DNA from: Polyangiaceae bacterium
Lineage (GTDB): Bacteria > Myxococcota_A > Polyangia > Polyangiales > Polyangiaceae
Reading direction: 5' to 3'
Assembly (NCBI GenBank): GCA_965222375.1
Contig: CBDCTZ010000016.1
Coordinates: 3,040,001 to 3,104,000, forward strand
Length of the DNA stretch: 64,000 nt
Part shown: piece after piece, positions 60,460 to 64,000 of the stretch
Numbering within the stretch: position 1 is the stretch's first letter
How the letters are laid out: each line of letters opens with the position of its first letter
The notes under the pieces: model-generated
Database searches by the model: none
What the model was told of the DNA's origin: nothing
Seen by the model: only the letters and a program-made list of their open reading frames with translations
Translations under genes and position numbers: made by a program

Positions 60460-62840
60460 CCGCTGACGCAGGCTGGCGGAGATGAATCGCGTCGGATTGT
60501 CGAGCGCTGGCGTTTGCGCCGAAGCAACACGCCGAAGGCTAGGGCCCACCAGGCGGCCGAGGCGGAACGCGGCGAAGTACTCACGCTACAACCATTGGCG
60601 GGCGCCTTAGGCTGGGGGTTTTGGATGGGGGCGGGACGGTGCGCGCTTTCGACCCGTCTTCGACGTGCGGGAGCACTGCGATACTCGGCAACGCCCATCT
60701 CTCGCAGCAGGCCGCCAGCGTCTTCCACGCGGTCCAAAAGCCAGAGCATGTAGCGGATGTCGACGCCAATGTTCCGGGAGCGCTCCGTGCTGTAACCGAA
60801 GTCCCCAGCGATATTCTCCCAAACGCGATCGAAATTGAGGCCGATCAACTCGCCACGCCCGTTGACCATGGGGCTTCCCGAGTTGCCGCCGGTGGTATCC
60901 GCGTTGGACAGAAAACAAATCGGGACCGTGCCCAGCCCAGGGTCGGACCAGAAGGAGTTCTTCGCCGCAGGCGCCTTGTCGATGACGGACTTGGGAAGAT
61001 TGAAAGGCCAAGTGCCGGTGTGCTTGGCCACGGCGCCCAGCAAGCTGGTTTGGGGCGTCGCAACCAAACCATCCCGGGGCGCGTAGCCGTGCACCTTGGC
61101 CAGACTGATACGCAGCGTGCCGTTTGCGTCAGGGTAGATCGCACCGCCCCGAACGGCTTTCAGGGCTTCGAAGAACTTCGGACCGTTGCGGCTGAGCTGG
61201 CCAGCGCGCTGGTAGTCGATGTCTTGTTGCGTAACGAGCTCTCGTGCCAGAGCTCGACCCAGGTCGAGGATCGGGTCCTTGAACGCATCGATGGCGTCCG
61301 CCTCGCCGTCGAAGAGCTCCTGTACCTTTTCCAGGCTGCGTAGCTTCGAGGCTTTCAGCCGCCCAACCAGGCCTCGGGCGATGGTTTTGCGGTCGCGGCT
61401 GCCGGGCGACAATTTCGCAAAGGCGTTGACCTCCTGACCTTTGGGCAGGGCACGGGCGCGAGCCACCAAGCTGGCCAGCATCTCCGCGTCGACTTCAGGA
61501 TCGAAGTTTCGCAGTCGACGCTGTTGGCTTCGCCACAGAGCTGGCTCGTCGCGCTTTTGGTAGCCAGGGCTTCGCTCGAGGTCTGGCTTCTTACGCTCCA
61601 GGGCGAGGCGAGCCAGGTCCGATGCCGTCGCCACGAGGTTCACACCTCGCGAGACCGCGTGCAGCAACTGTTCGCGCGCGTAGGTTTCGCGTCTGGCCTT
61701 GCTCAGGGCAGTCAGTTCGCGCAGGGCGGCGGCGTGCTCGGGCTTGCCCTTGGCGAACTTGGTCAGCGCGTCGTCTTCCTTGGCGCGGCGCTCTCGCAGC
61801 TTGATCGCGGCGATGCCCTCCAGCATGCCCCGTGCATTCTTGTGGCGATTCGCCAGGGACTTTTTCAGTGCGGCGACCTTGATCGCGACCTCTTTGGAAC
61901 GCTTTGCGTGCTCCGCGAGGATGTCCAGCCACTCGCCATACAAGTCGATGCGCCCGGGCAGGAACTGTTCGATCTGCCGGGTCACCTCCGCAGACGGCAA
62001 GTGACGATTGGTTCGGCGCGGGTAGCCCATGACCATGACCGCGTCGCCGGGCGCGACGCCTTGGGCGCCGATCTTCAAGTGCACCTTCGGTGCGTAGGCA
62101 ACGTTGGCTTTGGAGTGATCGGCGGGTCGCCCATTCTTGCCCACGTAGGCCCGAAACAGCGTGAAGTCCCCGCTGTGACGCGGCCACATCCAGTTGTCGA
62201 TGTCTCCGCCGTACTCTCCAACCGACTTCGGGGGCGCGTACACGATGCGGATGTCTCGCAATTCGACGGCCTCGAACAATCTGTAGCTAGCCCCCAAATA
62301 GAAGGACTTCACTTCGCATCGCGCGTCAGGCGATTTCTTCTCGCATTCGGCAACGATGACCTTCTTGGCCTTCAAGATGGCTCGGTAGCGCGCCAAGTCG
62401 TCTTTGGCGCCGCGCGCCGCCTTGTTCACGCGCGCGGTGACATCCTTGATCCGACGAAGGACTCGTACCGTGTATCCCTTGGCGGCGATTTCGGCGTCGG
62501 GAGTTTTCGCGATGAAGCCATCCTGGAGCAGATCTCGCTCAGGGGTGCTCTGGCCTTGGATGGCACGGTAGGCGCAGTGATGATTCGTTGCAATAAGGCC
62601 ACTTGCAGAGATGAACGAAGCGGAGCAGCCGGAAAGGTTCACCGCAGCACGAGCCAAACCAGAGCTGTCGTTCCAGATCTGTTTGGGTGCGAGCTGAATC
62701 CCGAGCCCGGCGAACTTGCTGCTGACCTCTGGGAGCTGGCCTGGCGGCCACTGGCCCTCATCCGCCGCTGCTGAGCCGGCCAGGCCGAGGACCAGGGCGC
62801 AAGGGCCCAACCCATGGCGAGCTTTGAAGCCAGGCCACAT
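60456..62840 (-). CDS. S46 family dipeptidyl-peptidase with MYXO-CTERM-like tail
   Basis: DEGQW, CSASFIS, TNHHC, NWMWPRHSGDF, YPDANGTLR, TTGGNSGSP, FDRVWE; tail GCSV..WWALAFGVLLRRKR. Confidence 0.92.
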   Translation of the reverse strand: MWPGFKARHGLGPCALVLGLAGSAAADEGQWPPGQLPEVSSKFAGLGIQLAPKQIWNDSSGLARAAVNLSGCSASFISASGLIATNHHCAYRAIQGQSTPERDLLQDGFIAKTPDAEIAAKGYTVRVLRRIKDVTARVNKAARGAKDDLARYRAILKAKKVIVAECEKKSPDARCEVKSFYLGASYRLFEAVELRDIRIVYAPPKSVGEYGGDIDNWMWPRHSGDFTLFRAYVGKNGRPADHSKANVAYAPKVHLKIGAQGVAPGDAVMVMGYPRRTNRHLPSAEVTRQIEQFLPGRIDLYGEWLDILAEHAKRSKEVAIKVAALKKSLANRHKNARGMLEGIAAIKLRERRAKEDDALTKFAKGKPEHAAALRELTALSKARRETYAREQLLHAVSRGVNLVATASDLARLALERKKPDLERSPGYQKRDEPALWRSQQRRLRNFDPEVDAEMLASLVARARALPKGQEVNAFAKLSPGSRDRKTIARGLVGRLKASKLRSLEKVQELFDGEADAIDAFKDPILDLGRALARELVTQQDIDYQRAGQLSRNGPKFFEALKAVRGGAIYPDANGTLRISLAKVHGYAPRDGLVATPQTSLLGAVAKHTGTWPFNLPKSVIDKAPAAKNSFWSDPGLGTVPICFLSNADTTGGNSGSPMVNGRGELIGLNFDRVWENIAGDFGYSTERSRNIGVDIRYMLWLLDRVEDAGGLLREMGVAEYRSAPARRRRVESAHRPAPIQNPQPKAPANGCSVSTSPRSASAAWWALAFGVLLRRKRQRSTIRRDSSPPACVSG

Positions 62841-63013
62841 CCCGGAAGGAGGATGGACGTGCTGTGCGAACAGAGCAAGCCCAGAGCACCAAGCCGCGAC
62901 GGCGTCCTGCGCGCTGAGTTGTCATGCCCGCTTCACCAACGGATTGGCAGGTAGGTGAGTGTAGGTTCGACGCATTGCCACGACTCGCGAAACGCGGGAG
63001 ACTGCTGATACCA

Positions 63014-63982
63014 ATGAAGATCCGAGCGGCTTTTTGGCTTCTGTTTGCTTGCGCTTTCTCCCTGGCGCTGCCGGCGCTGGCCAAACCCAGCAAGGCGGAC
63101 ATCGTCGCTGCGAGGAAGGCAGTGAAGGAAGGCAAACGCGCCGAGCGCAAGAAGGATTGGGAGGCTGCCCGGGAAGCGTACGAGCGCGCCTCGGAGTTCA
63201 AGGAATCTGCCGCGATCCGCATTCGGCTGGCGCGTGCGGAAGACAAGGTCGGCAACCTGATCGAGGCTGCGGAAAACCTGCGCGTTGCGTTGGAGCACAA
63301 GAAGATCAATTGGGCGCAAAAGCGAACGGCCAAGAAGCGCCTGAAAGACCTGGAGAAGAGGATTCCGACGATCAGCCTCGAATTGCCCGAGGGCTTTGAC
63401 GGTGACGTGTTCGTGGACGACGAAGAGATCGAGGCCGACGCCCGGGCGCAGCCCATTGCCGTCAATCCCGGCACGGTAAAGGTGCGTGCAACGGCGGAGG
63501 GGTTCGAGGAGTACAGCGAGAGTTTCGAGCTGAAGGAGGCCGAGAACCTGCCGGTGTCGATTCTCCTGACCGAGAAGAAGGCACCACCCCCACCCAAGAA
63601 GCCCAAAGTAGAGGAGGAAGCTGGCTCCGGAAGCACCCAGAAGACCCTGGGCTACGTGAGCTTGGCGGTCGGAGGCGCGGGGCTGGTGGTCGGCACAGCC
63701 ATGGGCCTAGCGGCGCGCTCGACGAAGAGCGAACTCGACAAGTCTTGTGCGAACGACGTCTGCTCCGAATCCGAGCGAGACCTCTTCGACAAGGGGCAGA
63801 CCCAGGCCAACATCGCGACCACGGGGTTCATCGTCGGCGGCGTAGGGCTGGGCCTGGGAGCGTTCCTATTGCTTACGGCGGATGGCGGCGATGACGCCAA
63901 ACCTGCGGACGCTGATTCCGCGAGGCTGCGGCTGCAGCCGGTAATCGCGCCCAATCACGTTGGTGTGCACGGAACTTTCTGA
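63014..63982 (+). CDS. TPR + PEGA-like exported protein, myxobacterial type
   Basis: Signal peptide, TPR-like helices, VNPGTVKVRATAEG, C-terminal hydrophobic hairpin ending GVHGTF. Confidence 0.75.
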   Translation: MKIRAAFWLLFACAFSLALPALAKPSKADIVAARKAVKEGKRAERKKDWEAAREAYERASEFKESAAIRIRLARAEDKVGNLIEAAENLRVALEHKKINWAQKRTAKKRLKDLEKRIPTISLELPEGFDGDVFVDDEEIEADARAQPIAVNPGTVKVRATAEGFEEYSESFELKEAENLPVSILLTEKKAPPPPKKPKVEEEAGSGSTQKTLGYVSLAVGGAGLVVGTAMGLAARSTKSELDKSCANDVCSESERDLFDKGQTQANIATTGFIVGGVGLGLGAFLLLTADGGDDAKPADADSARLRLQPVIAPNHVGVHGTF

Positions 63983-64000
63983 CCGCGCGATGGCGAGAGT

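Overview
High-GC bacterial DNA, most likely a myxobacterium (Myxococcota). The inference rests on Cys-rich lipoproteins with GGSSGG linkers, a MYXO-CTERM-like tail, a Ser/Thr kinase, a PEGA-type protein and a myxobacterial-type HNH protein. Housekeeping genes include folP-cdaA-cdaR divergent from a 7TM-HD hydrolase, acyl-CoA dehydrogenase, pepP, namZ, a sigma54 regulator, mgtE, comM-recA, an isocitrate/isopropylmalate-family dehydrogenase and an S46 peptidase. Four accessory loci stand out. (1) An HNH nuclease gene is bracketed by two diverged, inverted copies of a ~340-400 nt non-coding element showing compensatory base changes, a candidate undescribed structured RNA; this is the top finding. 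(2) A ~2800 aa teneurin-like Rhs lipoprotein carries a short Cys-rich C-terminal module and is followed by a membrane immunity candidate, an IS-truncated orphan copy and nested IS debris. (3) A DUF692/MNIO RiPP-like cluster has a lipoprotein precursor. (4) A histone-H1-like/degenerate RecQ fusion gene is bracketed by a ~55 bp inverted hairpin element. No rRNA, canonical tRNA or CRISPR array was seen. All calls come from motif recognition by eye; no database searches were run.
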